Made by a program: the position numbers and the translations under genes. The notes beneath the pieces are model-generated. The model did no database searches and had not been told where the DNA came from. It saw only the letters and a program-made list of their open reading frames with translations. From positions 92,196,001 through 92,260,000 of the forward strand of contig NC_045696.1 in assembly GCF_009834535.1 (NCBI RefSeq): 64,000 bases of DNA, in the 5' to 3' direction. Of this stretch, positions 1 through 12,431 are shown in pieces; the stretch's first letter is position 1; the number at the start of each line of letters is the position of its first letter. The DNA is from Camelus ferus. Lineage: Eukaryota.

Positions 1-524
1 AAATTCAGTTCCTTTTATTTTTTCCTGGCAACATCCCATCTAGGCCCCCATCCTCCTGCCACAACCTACATTGGTGCTTTCTGTGCCTGCTGTGTGGCTG
101 TCACCCCAGCACCTCTCCCTCTGTCATCCTGACAACTTCCTTCTCCCCTTGAATGAGTTGGATCTACTGCTTCCTTCTTGTGGCTTTATCCTCATTTTGG
201 TGGAGCCTATTTTCCAGTAGCTTCTGAGGAATTGTGTTGGGGAGACAGTAAAGTCAAAATGCTATGAGTTCGTCACCCTTAGTTGGCAGTTTGCCCATCA
301 TCTTTTTGCTTAGAATTTTGAAGGCTTGTTCCATGGTCTTCTGGGTCTCAATTTTGCTGTTGAGAATCCATCCCTAAGTAGTCCTTACTCTCCATCCTTC
401 ATGTGTGTACTCTATTAAGTCTCTGGAATATTTTAGGAGCTGCTTTTCCTTACCTTTTCACTTGTGTGGGTCTTTTTTCATTCATTGTCCTCAATAATTT
501 TGATCTGGAGACTCATGTTCTTTA

Positions 525-1128
525 TTTTTTTAATTTTTTTAACATTTTTTATTGATTTATAATCATTTTACAATGTTGTGTCAAATTCCAGTGTTCAGCA
601 CAATTTTTCAGTTATTCACGGACATATACACACTCATTGTCACATTTTTTCTGTGAGTTATCATAACATTTTGTGTATATTTCCCTGTGCTATACAGTGT
701 AGTCTATTCTACAATTTTGAAATCCCAGTCTATCTCTTCCCACCCTCCACCCCCTTGTGGTTACAAGTCTGTATTCTCTGTCTGTGAGTCTATTTCTGTC
801 CTTTATTTACACTTTGTTTTTGTTTATTTGTTTGTTTTTGTTTTTGTTTTTTAGATTCCACATATGAGCGATCTCATATGGTATTTTTCTTTCTCTTTCT
901 GGCTTACTTCACTTAGAATGACATTCTCCAGGAGCATCCATGTTGCTGCAAATGGCATTATGTTGTCGGTTTTTATGGCTGAGTAGTATTCCATTGTATA
1001 AATATACCACCTCTTCTTTATCCAGTCACCTGTTGATGGACATTTAGGCTGTTTCCATGTTTTGGCTATTGTAAATAGTGCTGCTATGAACATTGGGGTG
1101 CAGGTGTCATCCTGAAGTAGATTTCCTT
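525..1128 (-). mobile_element. Young 5'-truncated L1 (ORF2 C-terminus + 3'UTR + A-rich tail)
   Basis: ORF 851..1093 encodes the L1 ORF2 C-terminus (MFIAALFTIAKTWKQPKCPS...). Perfect 17-bp TSD gagactcatgttcttta at 508-524 and 1129-1145. Confidence 0.95.
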
Positions 1129-2314
1129 GAGACTCATGTTCTTTAAATCTGGAAATTTTCTTGTATTGTTTTTTCTTTTCTTTCTTTCTTTCTTTCTTTT
1201 TTTTTTTTTTTTTTTTGACAACTACCTCTCCTCCTCCATTTTTATCTGTTCTCTCTCTAGCAATCTTTCAGTTGAATAAATGATGGGCTTCCTAGACAGA
1301 ACCTTAATTTTCTTATCTTTTCATTCTTATTGTCCATATTTTCTTTTTTTTCCCTGCTTCCTGGAATATTTCCTCAATTTAATGTCCAACATCTTTACTG
1401 ACTTTTAAAAATTTTTAGCCAAAAAAATTTTTTTCCCATTGCATTTTTTTAATGTCTAAGTTTTCTTTTTCTAGTTCTATGTTGTTCTTGCTCTGTCTTT
1501 CATCCTGTTCCATTGATGCAATATCTTCTTTTATCTCATCAGGTATATTTATTATAGTTTCTTTGAAAATTTTTATACCTCTCTGCATTATTATGTTATC
1601 TTTTCTTACTATTTACTCTCTTTTTTTTCATATTAGAGGTGTTCTTTGAATGACAGCTGACTTGGGGGTTTCTGTTTACATTGAGAGTAAAGCACTACAA
1701 TTGTGCTTGGACAACATTTGTCAACTAGTGCAATTCACTGTGGGAGCAATTAGGGCACTTGCCACTTTTTCCCATGGGATTTTCTTTCACAACAATGTCA
1801 AGATCTGTTAGATTTTTTTTTTTTCTGGGATAATTAACTTTCTCCAGAGAAACATTCTATTATCTTCTGCCTGTGGAAAGTGTAACCTGGTTGTTGGTGA
1901 CCTGGAGGTAAGTGTGGGGAGAGGTCTGGGGTCTCAAACTTTATAATTCTTTTTTTTTTTTTCTTTCCCAGCCTGGCCTTACCTTCCTCTGTCTAGAGCT
2001 TCTCAGCTGAATGTCTCCAGGTAATGCATCTCTTGCCTCTTTCATTGGAGGGGAAAGGTGGGACCCTGCCTGCAGACCTGGGAACATGGAGCTTTAATAG
2101 CTCTGTATAGTCTTTTGAAGAACTGCCTTATATCTAGTTTCCACATCATCCCTATCTTCTGTGACATTGGTGCCTCCAACACCTTAACCATTCTGAGGTT
2201 GCGTGGTACAAATTAACTTGCTTCTCACCTGTGGGCACTTTATTTTTTTAATTGTATTTTTTATTGAAGTATAGTTGATTTACAATGTTTCAGGTATACA
2301 GCACAGTGATTCAG

Positions 2315-2315
<1 letters not shown>

Positions 2316-2361
<46 letters not shown>
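2316..2361. repeat. (TG)23 microsatellite
   Basis: Direct read. Confidence 0.97.
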
Positions 2362-2363
<2 letters not shown>

Positions 2364-2744
2364 ATACACATATACATACATATTCTTTCTCAGATTCTTT
2401 TTCATTATAGGTTATTACAAGGTATTGAATATAGTTTCCTGTGCTACGCAGTAGGTCCTTGCTAATTTTACATGTATAGTGTATATCTGTTAATCCCAAA
2501 TTCCGAATTTATCCTTCTCCTGCTTCTCCCTTTGGTAACCATATGTTTGTTTTCCATGTTTATGAGTCTATTTCTGTTTTGTCAATAAGTTCATTTTATC
2601 AATTTTTAAGATTCCACATATAAGTGATATCATATGATATTTGTCTTTGTCTGACTTCCTTCACTTAGTATGATCATCTCTAGGTCCATCAATGTTGCTG
2701 CAAATGGCATTATTTCATTCTTTTTATGGCTGAGTAATATTCCA

Positions 2745-2745
<1 letters not shown>

Positions 2746-2791
<46 letters not shown>
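2746..2791. repeat. (CA)23 microsatellite
   Basis: Direct read. Confidence 0.97.
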
Positions 2792-2793
<2 letters not shown>

Positions 2794-3504
2794 ACATCTT
2801 TATCCATTCATCTGTTGATGGACATTTAGGCTGTTTCCATGTCTTGGCTATTGTAAATAGTGCTACTATGAACACTGGGGTGCATGTATCTTTTTGAATT
2901 ATAGTTTTCTCTGGATATATGCCCAGGAGTGGGATTGCTGGATTATAGATTATAAAATATAATCTATTTTTAGTTTTACAAGGAACCTCAATACTGTTCT
3001 GCATAATTGTCACACCAATTTATGTTCCCACCAGAGTGTAGGAGGGTTCCTTTTTCTCCACACCCTCTCTAACATTTATCATTTGTAGACTTTTTGGTGA
3101 TGGCCATCCTGACCAGTGTGAGGTGGTACCTCATTGTAGTTTTGATTTGCATTTCTCTAATAATTAGGGATGTTGAGCATCTTTTCATGTACCTATTGGC
3201 CATCTGTACTGTGGGCACTTTAAATAAATCTTTCCTCAGTTCTGCTAAGTCATTTGTAGTTTATTTACAACTCCTCCATCCCTTTGCTGCTTTCATATAT
3301 ATTGGTCCAGGTTTCCAGTTGTCTGCTCCTTTCATCAGAAAGGAAGTTTCTATTTCTGTTCCTGTGTGACATTTATTGGGTGGGTTTTTCTTTTTTTTTC
3401 AAAGAGAAAAGGGATTACTTGGTCATTCTAAATCAAGAGGTTTCTTCACTGTTTTCCCAATGAGGAAACTGAGCCTCAGAGATTAGATGCCTCTCGCTTC
3501 CATA

Positions 3505-4851
3505 CCCACTCCCTATTTCCCCCAAACTGGTCTTCTTAAGATTACTGATGATCTGTACGGTTAACACTTACAGGCAAGTCTCAGTTCTCATCTTACTTGA
3601 CCCATCAGTAGCATTTGATACAGCTGATTACTTCCTCCTCCTAGAAATGTTTTCTCTACTTGCTCCTTGGGCACCACACTTCTCTTCCTCCTTCCAATCT
3701 CTTAATATTGGAGAGCTCCAAGGTTTAGTCCTTGTCCTTTCTTTCTTTGTCTTTTTAAAAGTTTTCCTTCCTTCCTTCTTCCGTTCTTCCTTCCCTTCCT
3801 TCCTTCCCTGTGTGATTTTTACCAATTATCAATGCTTTAAATACCATTTACATGCAGACAACTTCCAAATTTGCATCTCCATCCAGTCCTGTCTCCTGAG
3901 TTTCTGACTCAGTGTGCAATTGCCTACTCAACAGCTCCATTTGAATGTCTCCTGAAGATCTCCAGCTCAAGACTAAACCCAGACCCCCGATCTTCCCGCA
4001 CAAAGCAGCTCCACCATGGTATTCCCTGTAATAGTACCCTATAACAGGGCAGCCCCATCCTTCTGGAGACTCAGGCCAAAAACCTTGGCATCATTCTTCA
4101 TTCTTCTTTCTGTTACACCCACATGCAATCCATCAGGAACTTCTTCTGGCTCTACATTCAATAATTTCATATTAGAGGTGTTCTTTGAATGTTGAATGAC
4201 CACTTCTCCACTTCTACAGCTAGCATCCTCATCTGAGCCGCCATCATTTCTCACCTAGATTGCTACAATGATTTCTTAACACATCCCCCTGTTCCTACAT
4301 TTGCCCCTTTAAATTGTAAGTCAAATCATGTCACTTCTTTTTCCAAAATTCATTCAGGGGGATGGCCCCAAAAGATCTGGCCTCTGAAATCTTTCTAAAC
4401 TCATCTCCCTCCACCTGCCTCCTTCCTTACTCTCTGCAGCCACACTGCTGTCTTGATGTTCCCAGAACACAGCAGGCTGCTCCCGTCTCAGAGCCCCTGC
4501 ACTGCTTCTACAGCCAGAAACACTATCCTTATCTCCCTCCCAGTCACTCACTTTACTCCTTCAAGTCCTCACCCTCTCAGTAACCCCTCCTGACCCCCGG
4601 CAACTCCATTCTCATCACTCTGTTCTAATTTTTCTTTTATCCATAACACTTACCACCTTCTAATATCCTATATAATTAAATCTTTAAAATTATTTTCTGT
4701 TTATTTCCTGTCTCTCCTGCTAGAACCAATGTGTCTCACGAGGACAGGGATCTTTTCTATTCTGTTCTCTTGTCTATCACATGCATCAAGAACAATGCCT
4801 AGTGTATAGCAGGCACTCAAAAATATTAGTTGATTATGAACAAATGAATGA
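3505..4851 (+). mobile_element. L2 LINE, 3' portion
   Basis: L2 ORF2 remnant (LILLDPSVAFDTADY, resembling LILLDLSAAFDT) and typical L2 end aggcactcaaaaatattagttga...aatgaatga. Confidence 0.85.
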
Positions 4852-6879
4852 GGCAGGTTTTAGACCTGAGTATTTTTTTTTACTGTACCATGTTCTCTGG
4901 GCCATCCTGAGTGCTGTAAGATGGCATTTAAAATGCATTCTGTAGGTGTTTTGAGAAAGGGATTTTCAAGACTCATACTGTGCTTGAGAAAGGAGTAGGG
5001 GAAACAGATGGGAGAAACAAAATTTCATCCTTCCTTCCCAAATTTTTCTTTTTGGTCTCCATAGCTCCCTTTTTTGTTTTCTGTTAAGTCTGTGTGAACT
5101 CTTATGTCATTTGTTTTTTTCTCTTATTAGATGAAAGCACTCATTTCTAGGGCTAATTAGGTTCATTCCATCACCAAATATACTTTCAGTTTCCATGCTG
5201 GTGATACATTTTCATTTTCCCTCCAGGTAAAGGAGAATATTGATAATATTAAACTTTCTTTTCTTTTTCTTTCTACTGCTTCCCTGTACCCACACGTTCC
5301 ATCCACTGGCCCTTAAACAACAACAACAATAACAAATGAATTTTCTTTGTATAAGTAAATTTTGAGTTGACTCCACTAGGGTTTCAGAAAGTTATCTAAA
5401 AGTATCTCAGTTAGTTATTAATTTGATATGATTGGCTTCATCAAAGCTAGTCACACTGGTCACCTTTTAGAATTTAAAATGAATAAACATGACCTAAGTT
5501 AAAAATGTGTTTAGAAAGGATGAATAAAGTTCCAACTGCAGAGGTTGTAGTCTTGTGGCTTAAACTCTTTTCTAGTGTTTGAACAGTGACAATTACTCCC
5601 TGATTAATAGAAGTGATACTTTCAAAAATCTTCAGGTGCCTGAGGAGGGTTTGTGGGGTACGAGGAATGTCTGTGTATAGGGTACACATTTTATACAGGT
5701 GGCCAGGGGCCTGATTTTGTAATTTGTGGAGACTTGAATCTTTAGCATACAAGGTTTTCCTAAGTTTCCAATTATATTGGACATAATAGTATTTCCTTAT
5801 AAAGCAAACACATTTGTTTTCTGAAAGTAATGGAAGAGTAGTTTTTTTTTATGTGTAATTTAAGTCAGATCAATTTAGAAATAGGTAACTAGTACACATA
5901 AGTAACTAGTGTGTGGAACAAGCATGACTCACGATAATGTAATTACAACCCAGCTTTATTTTTTAATTTCCCACTGGCCTGGGAACAATGAAAAGTTGGC
6001 TTGGTGAAAACTCAGGCTGGTCCCACAGCTTTTCTACCCACTCTTGGGTAACACACAGTCCTGACATCCTTTTAAATCATAAACACAGCCTCCATAGATC
6101 TCAATCAAAACTCCAAACTCAAAATTTCCTTCCCTTTCCTAGCTGGGACCCGCTTAGACTAAATGACTGCAGTAGGGGTAGTGAAATGGGGTGTGGCTGG
6201 TTTCTCTGTTCCTCTGCTTTCTGCTTCTCCTCTGAACCCTTCCTTGTCCTACAGGCTCTGGGTGTCCAGCTCCAGCCCTCACCCTCCAGGAGGCTGCCCT
6301 CCTAGAGGACAGACCCAAGGTGACTGCACAGAGGAAACAGTCATAGCTGCCCTCCCGGTTGTCCCCAGGGAGGGTCATTCTCCTAGCTGAACCACGGAAG
6401 TAGAGATCCAGCCCACTTCTCCACCTTTAGACTTGCCAGACATGAGCCATTCCCAAGCCGCTCAACTCCCAACTGGGGGGGGTCACGCAACTCTCCACCC
6501 CCACAAGAAGGGGAGTGAAGGGCCAGCCCTCTCACTGCACTGGGGTGGGAAGGTGCACACAGCATAGTTATCGCCAGATGCGTCCTTCTTACTAGATCCT
6601 CTCACCTCCTCTCTTCCAATAATTTTATTCTTGAACTAAGTTGAGGGGGCTCCAGAGGCACAGAACTACAATTGAGGGAAAGCTCTGTCTTCACAGCAGA
6701 ATGCCCATTCATAAATGGGGGGGGGGGGTGGTAACTGTAATTACCACCCCCACCCCACCATAGTAACTGCTGCAGGCAGGGATCTGCAGTAAATGCCAAA
6801 ACCACACTGTGGGGGGCCAGGCTATTTACGTGTTCTCAAAGAATCAAACCCCAGCTTATTTATTCATTACTAAGTCATA

Positions 6880-7570
6880 GAGGTACCGTCACGGTGGAGA
6901 AAACTGACAGACATCAGCTTAACTGAGTGAGCAACCTTAACATGACCAGTAAGGGGACAGTGACCCTCCTGGACCCTCTGAGACACACACTGAGGATGAT
7001 CCAAGGTCACTTGTGTAGTCTTCTTGCTAAAAATGCTTAATCCTAATCTAATTACGAGAAAATAATCAGCCAAACCCAGACTGAGAGACATTCTCCAAAA
7101 CAACAGGCTTGGATTTTTTTTTTAAGTCAATGTCATTAAAGAGACAAAAAAAAAAAAAAAAAAAAAGAGGTGGAGGAAACACTTTAGACTAAAAGAGATT
7201 AAAAAGCCATGGCAGCTAAATGCACTGTGGGATTCTTAATTAAATCATGGACTCAACTTCTCTCTCAAACAACAACAACGTCCTATATAGCACATTTTAG
7301 GAAATTTGAGGATAGTTTGTGTCTTAGATAACAGTGGGGTATCAGTGTTAAAGTTCCTGAGTGTGATGAGTGCGTTAACATTTGTGTGGAAGGATGCTGA
7401 GGCTGTCTCAGGACAGAGAAGAAAGTATTTATGGATAGGATGTCACAATGAGAGAGGGCAAAATAGAGCACAAACTGGTAAATCCAGGTGAAGAGAATTG
7501 GCTGTTTATTTTTTCAACTTTTTTTTTTTTTTTTTTGTAGGTTTTTACTTTCTCAAAGTAAAATATCAGG
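6880..7570 (+). mobile_element. Old L1M (L1MC/L1ME-like) 3' end
   Basis: Resembles old L1 3'UTR (aatcctaatctaatt...aaacccagactgagagacattctccaaaacaac...gtcaatgtcattaaagagac). Confidence 0.7.
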
Positions 7571-7779
7571 GAAGAAAGAGACATGCAACCAGCTCTGGCC
7601 CTCTTCCTTTGCAAGCATACAAATAGAGATTCATCTCTCTGAAATTTTGTTTCAATTGTGTGGATGCCTGGTTGAAACTTCAGTTATTACATCTTAATAT
7701 GTGTATATACATATTCTAAAACTGTAAACACATGTATCAATAACAACCTCAAAATACGTGTGCTGGACATTACAATTTA

Positions 7780-7980
7780 AAAAACTTTTCCACTTATATT
7801 ATCTCATGTTATCGTCACAACGATCTTGGAAATAGCTATTCAAGGTAATGTTTTATTCATTCCATTTTCCAAACAAAAAAAAACTGAGCAGCAGAAAACT
7901 CTGAGCAACTCAACCAAGTTCGCACACCTGAGACTGCACCCTCATCCTGATTGCAGATCCTGTACTTTTTTCGCTACACA
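7780..7980 (-). mobile_element. MIR SINE (degraded)
   Basis: Antisense MIR core-like ccattttcc...aaactgagcagcaga...caagttcgcacacct. Confidence 0.55.
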
Positions 7981-8003
7981 TTTTAAACACCCAGGAGGGC
8001 TTT

Positions 8004-8092
8004 TTCTTTGTTTTAAATGAAGGTACTGGGGATTGTACCCAGGACTCGTGCATGCTAAGCATGTGCTTTACCACTGAACTACACCCTCCCCC
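8004..8092 (-). mobile_element. tRNA-Ala-derived camelid SINE (Vic-1-like)
   Basis: Reverse complement ggggagggtgtagttcagtggtaaagcacatgcttagcatgcacgagtcctgggtacaatccccagtacc resembles tRNA-Ala(AGC) with A/B boxes, followed by an A-rich tail; imperfect TSD. Confidence 0.88.
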
Positions 8093-10094
8093 AAGGGGGG
8101 CTTTAACAGAGCCATTTACTCTCTCATGACTTCATTCTTTTACAGGAAGGAAGAGGGGGACTTAAGGGTATGTCTGAGAACTCCGGGCGAGCAATGACAC
8201 AGGTGGCTCTGCTCACCCCTGGAATCCTCCTGCTAGTAAACCCTGAGCAAGACGCTGCTTTGACAGGCAGCTAAAACCCACAGCCCCACCGGCCCGGGCC
8301 GGAGAGCTGGCTGATGCTAGTGTCTGCGTCCTACACCCATGTCACTGCACATCAGTCATTGAGGCACAGTGAGGAACTTACAGAGGTGACTTCCCCCGAG
8401 ATTGAGTCGACATCCCCTCAGAATATGGAGGTGAACCTTGTCACAGCTCCAGCAGCCTTTCAGAGAGATGTCAGCTCACACAGATGGAAGCTCACGTGAG
8501 TCACAAACCCACAGCCCAGAATACTAAGCAGCTCTCTCACCTGACAGCTGGGGTGAGCAGAAGCCATCTCTGCTTTCTCTCTCTCTCTTTTTTCTTAACT
8601 AAAAACAACAAGGGCAAACAACAACCACAAGAAGAAACCACCCTTTCTGAGCTGGGTGAGGACCACAAGCTTGCGGTGAGGAGGAAGGACAGGCCCCCCA
8701 GACACTTGGCCCATGTTGTTTCTCCTTTTGGAGCTTACTAATGACAGCAGCTGTGTCCCTGCTGCCTTCACTGTTGACTGAAGATGTGAAGAAAAAGAAA
8801 AAAAGGAAAGAGAATAGAGGAACTAAGTAAACTGCAAAAAGTATAAGCATATTCTTCTCCAGAATCCTCCCTTCCAAACAGGGCTTTATGAAATGAGGTG
8901 GGGAATCTGTGACTTCCCAAGAAAGCACAAAATATAGCACCAAATAAATTACAGACTATTACTGGGAATACAGTTTCCTTTGAAGCTAACTCGCCACATA
9001 TTTTCTGCAGCCTCGGCAATCTTAACTTCTCAGCATGCTCTAGTCAAGCTGGTTTTTCTAAAACTGCTGTTCTTTTTTGGGAACCTGGTTAGAAGATGAT
9101 CATTTGTTCACCAGGGCGCTGTTCCTGATAGATGCCTACCAGAGTGATCCAGGTTCCAAACTCTGGGGTCCTCTGTTAACTCTGGAAAAATTTTCCAGTG
9201 GCCCCTGAAGCTGACTCTGCAAATCTCAGGCAGCATGTCAGCAACTAACTCTGCAATGCGCCTTTGCTGTGTTTCTTAAGATTATTCAGCTCTGCTTAAG
9301 GAAGTAAGAGAAACAAATAAGGACGACAGATGAAACTGGGTAGAGCAACAGGTAGCCTGTGAGGCAGATGAACTTCACATGATGTGTGTGGTGAGACTAA
9401 GTGGGCGAGGAAGCTCTGAGTCATGGGAGCCACAGACAGAGCAGGAAATGTGTGTGCTGTGCACTGAGAGGAAAGGATGGAAAGACGTGATGTTCATAAT
9501 GCGTCCATATGTGAACGACACACCCAAGGCACACTAAATGGAAGCATATGAGAACACAAATAAGGCCTTAAATCAGCCACCCCTGGTGACCCCATTCTGG
9601 CCTCAAGAATCCTCTGCACAAGAAATACAGAGTCCAGAGCTGCACCTCAGGCTAACTGGTGAACTACAGGTGGAGCTGTCCCCGAGTCTTCCCAACACAG
9701 CACGGGTGCCGTTGACTCAGGCACCTCTGTCTGCTGAGCTTCCTTCCTCGGCCGTCAGCTCTGACGGTCATAGCCCCGCCACCGCACAGAAGGCCACCGT
9801 GGTGGTGGTAGTGGGGGGGGGGGGTCATGTGAACACTGCGTGCCCCAAGATTCAGGCAGCTGGTCCCTCGCCCTGCCTGTATTCTATCTGAATTGTTCTA
9901 ATTGCCTCTATCCTGCTCCACTTGCTTTTCACTATTTCACTATTGATTTAATAAACCATGTGATTCACATATCTTAATCTGTTGTGTGAGACTTTCTGTT
10001 TCAGGACCCCTAGGATTACCTGGTTGCGGACTTGGAGGCTAGTACTGACTCCAGGTCATTTCCCACGTGACAAATTTATGGTGGGACCATGCAA

Positions 10095-10352
10095 ATAATA
10101 ACGATAAAAATGAGAGCTCTAACTTTTTGCCTAATTACTATGTACTAGGCAACATTCTAAGCATTATATATATAATCTCAAATATTCCTCATAATATCCC
10201 TATAGAGTAGGTGCAGAGCAGATATTGTTACTTGTGTTTTACAGATAGGGAAACTGAGGGGAAGAGAGGCTACATAACTTGCCTAAGATCACACAACTAG
10301 GAAGAAACAGAAAGATGATTTGAATTAGGGTCTGTCTGACTCCAGAGACATG
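10095..10352 (-). mobile_element. MIR SINE
   Basis: ttttacagatagggaaactgagg...aacttgcctaagatcacacaactag...gtctgtctgactccagag. Confidence 0.85.
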
Positions 10353-10429
10353 CCCTTCCCCTTGTGGGGGGAAGCCAAGCTACCCTCCCCCATACCCTCT
10401 TGGACACCCTGTCTAGAATCCATCCCCCT

Positions 10430-10621
10430 TACTACCTGTCCCCCTCCCACCATCTAATGTAACTTTCTTACCAACATATTGTCTGTATCCCCCACAAGAA
10501 TGTAATTTCTGTAAGGACAGGAAATTTGCCTAATTTATTAACTTCTGCTTCTCTCAGTGACTAGAAAAGTGCTTGGCACACAGTAGATATTCAAAGAATA
10601 TCAACTGAATGAATGAATGAA
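10430..10621 (+). mobile_element. L2 3' end
   Basis: aagtgcttggcacacagtagatattcaaagaatatcaactgaatgaatgaatgaa. Confidence 0.8.
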
Positions 10622-11039
10622 GCCTATTATTGAGTTTTTTCTAGATACACTTTTGAAGACAAAATCACAGACTTTAAGATCACCTTTTAACTGGATAGAT
10701 TAACCCCGGCAAATCTATAATGACATAATTTTAAAGAGGATGGAGGATTTCAGAACAAAATTCCAAGCAGACAAAAAAGGGCTAGAAGAAAATTCCATGG
10801 CCAGCTCTGTACCCTGATTTCATGGCCTCCCCACAGACCCTGGGTGACCCCGCAGCTTGGCCAGCTTCATTTGATTTTCATCACATTGTAATTTCAGGGT
10901 CTTAGACGTCTCCTCTGCTTACCTCTGAGAAGAGGTCCAGAGAAAGGGGGATTTTATGTGTGTGTGATTATACGGGGCATTTTAGAAATGGAGCTTATGT
11001 TTGCTTCCCCTGCCATGAGTGAGGTGGTAACGCCTTTGG

Positions 11040-11170
11040 AAGGCACTTGATGTGTTACCCCCACTTTCAGATACAGAGATTGAGCCTCAGTGAGGACGGT
11101 ACCTTGCCTAGGTACACAGTCTAACAGGTAGCAAAGCCAGGATTTTAAGCTGTGTCTATCTAATGCCCCC
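11040..11170 (-). mobile_element. MIR SINE
   Basis: ccccactttcagatacagagattgagcctcagtgagg...cttgcctaggtacacag. Confidence 0.65.
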
Positions 11171-12111
11171 ACGTCTACTTGGCAGAAATATTGTCCTAAT
11201 GAGGAAGCTTACAATGAATAGAAACATGAGATGTTCTAAAAAACCACATCAGAGACTGAAAGAATCCCAAGAGAAACCAGCCATCCCCCACAGTTCTTAG
11301 AATGGATGAAATTAATTTCTTTTTTTTTTTTTTGGCATGACTTGTCGTTCTGTAAAGGATAAAACATCAGCTGGATACATCTCAAGTAGCAGTAAAACTT
11401 TGGATGAATTCACAATTAAAATGGAAATAAAATTGATTTAGTAAAATTGGAATTTCTTTTTTTTTTTTTTTTTTTTGTGCCACAGGCTTGGTAGGGTTTG
11501 GCTCATCTTCTTGGATATGAAAATCATTTTCTCCAAATTAATTTCTTGAAAACTCAGCTGTCCCCCCAGCCTTTCAAGTCAGGAGGCTAAATTGATCTAA
11601 AGGACACCAGAGGCCCTCAGAGCATCCTGGCCAGGGTCATAAGTGAAATGCATTAGATAATTTTAATCTGATATAGTCATCCTCAGGGGCAGCTGAACTG
11701 CCAAAGAATCATCCATTCATTCATTTCTGCTCATTTAGGTATCAGTCAGATTTGTGGAGAGAGATCTGCATCTGGATGCTACTGTTGATGCTGATGAGGA
11801 GAAAGGGGATGTAAGTGTCCTGGGGCTGTTTGCTAGCAACTGGCCCTTCTAAATATCACCCTGAAATATGCTGAACCAGATCAGGCACTGGAATGTTCAT
11901 AGATGCTAGGAAACCAAAATTGGTTTTCAAGTACAGAAAAATGAAGTTGGATCTATTTAACTTCAGAGCTTCATTTATTCAATCCTTAAACACTAGTTCA
12001 CCCATTTATCCAATCATCCATCTATCTAGCCATCCATCCACCCAATAAATGTTTATTGAGCACCTACTATGTGTCTGGTGCTCTGCTGGACTAGAACTAG
12101 AGTTTATAGAC

Positions 12112-12431
12112 CTGTGTGGTCAATTACACTAGGCACTAGCCGCACGCGGTTATTGAGCGCTTGAAATGTGGCTGGCGCAGATTAAGATGTGGTATTAGTG
12201 TGAAATACACAATAGATTTCAAAGACAGTATGAGAAAAAATAATGTAAAATTTCTCCTTGGTAATTTTTATATTGATTGCATGTTGAAAGGATAACTTTT
12301 TATGTTTTGGGTTAAATTGAAATATATTTTTACAGTTAATCTCACTTGTTTCTTTTTCCTTTTTAAATGTAACTAATCAAAAATTAAAAATACATATGTG
12401 GCTTGCATACTGTTTCCATTGAACAGCACTG
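12112..12431 (-). mobile_element. MER33-like hAT-Charlie MITE
   Basis: About 320 bp matching the reverse complement of MER33 (cactagccgcacgcggttattgagcgcttgaaatgtggct...ccattgaacagcactg). 8-bp TSD ttatagac/tcatagac (12104-12111, 12432-12439). Confidence 0.85.

Larger units (their letters stand above)
2243..3208 (-). mobile_element. 5'-truncated L1 (ORF2 C-terminus + 3'UTR)
   Basis: ORF 2630..3013 has L1 ORF2 motifs (PAIPLLGIYP, TWKQPKCPS). Perfect 14-bp TSD ctgtgggcacttta at 2229-2242 and 3209-3222. Confidence 0.95.
150..3400 (-). mobile_element. Ancient degraded L1M LINE, interrupted by two younger L1 insertions
   Basis: T-rich decayed sequence resembling antisense old L1M (e.g. agaattttgaaggcttgttccatggtcttctgg...gctgttgagaatc). 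It is continuous across the two TSD-bounded inserts; boundaries approximate. Confidence 0.55.

Noticed and set aside
5205..5232. Recursive splice site-like ttttccctccag|gtaaag
   Set aside because: On the strand opposite KCNAB1, and the donor is weak.
8004..8092. Functional tRNA-Ala gene (also 31923, 35303, 38434)
   Set aside because: Diverged stems, A-rich tails and TSDs identify these as SINE copies.
9300..10010. Possible ancient LTR (AATAAA near 9950)
   Set aside because: Could not define termini, TSD or family with confidence.
10917..10950. Gene-strand acceptor followed 2 nt later by a donor (ctcttctcag AG gtaagc)
   Set aside because: A 2-nt exon is implausible and it is not a true AG|GT ratchet from a YAG.
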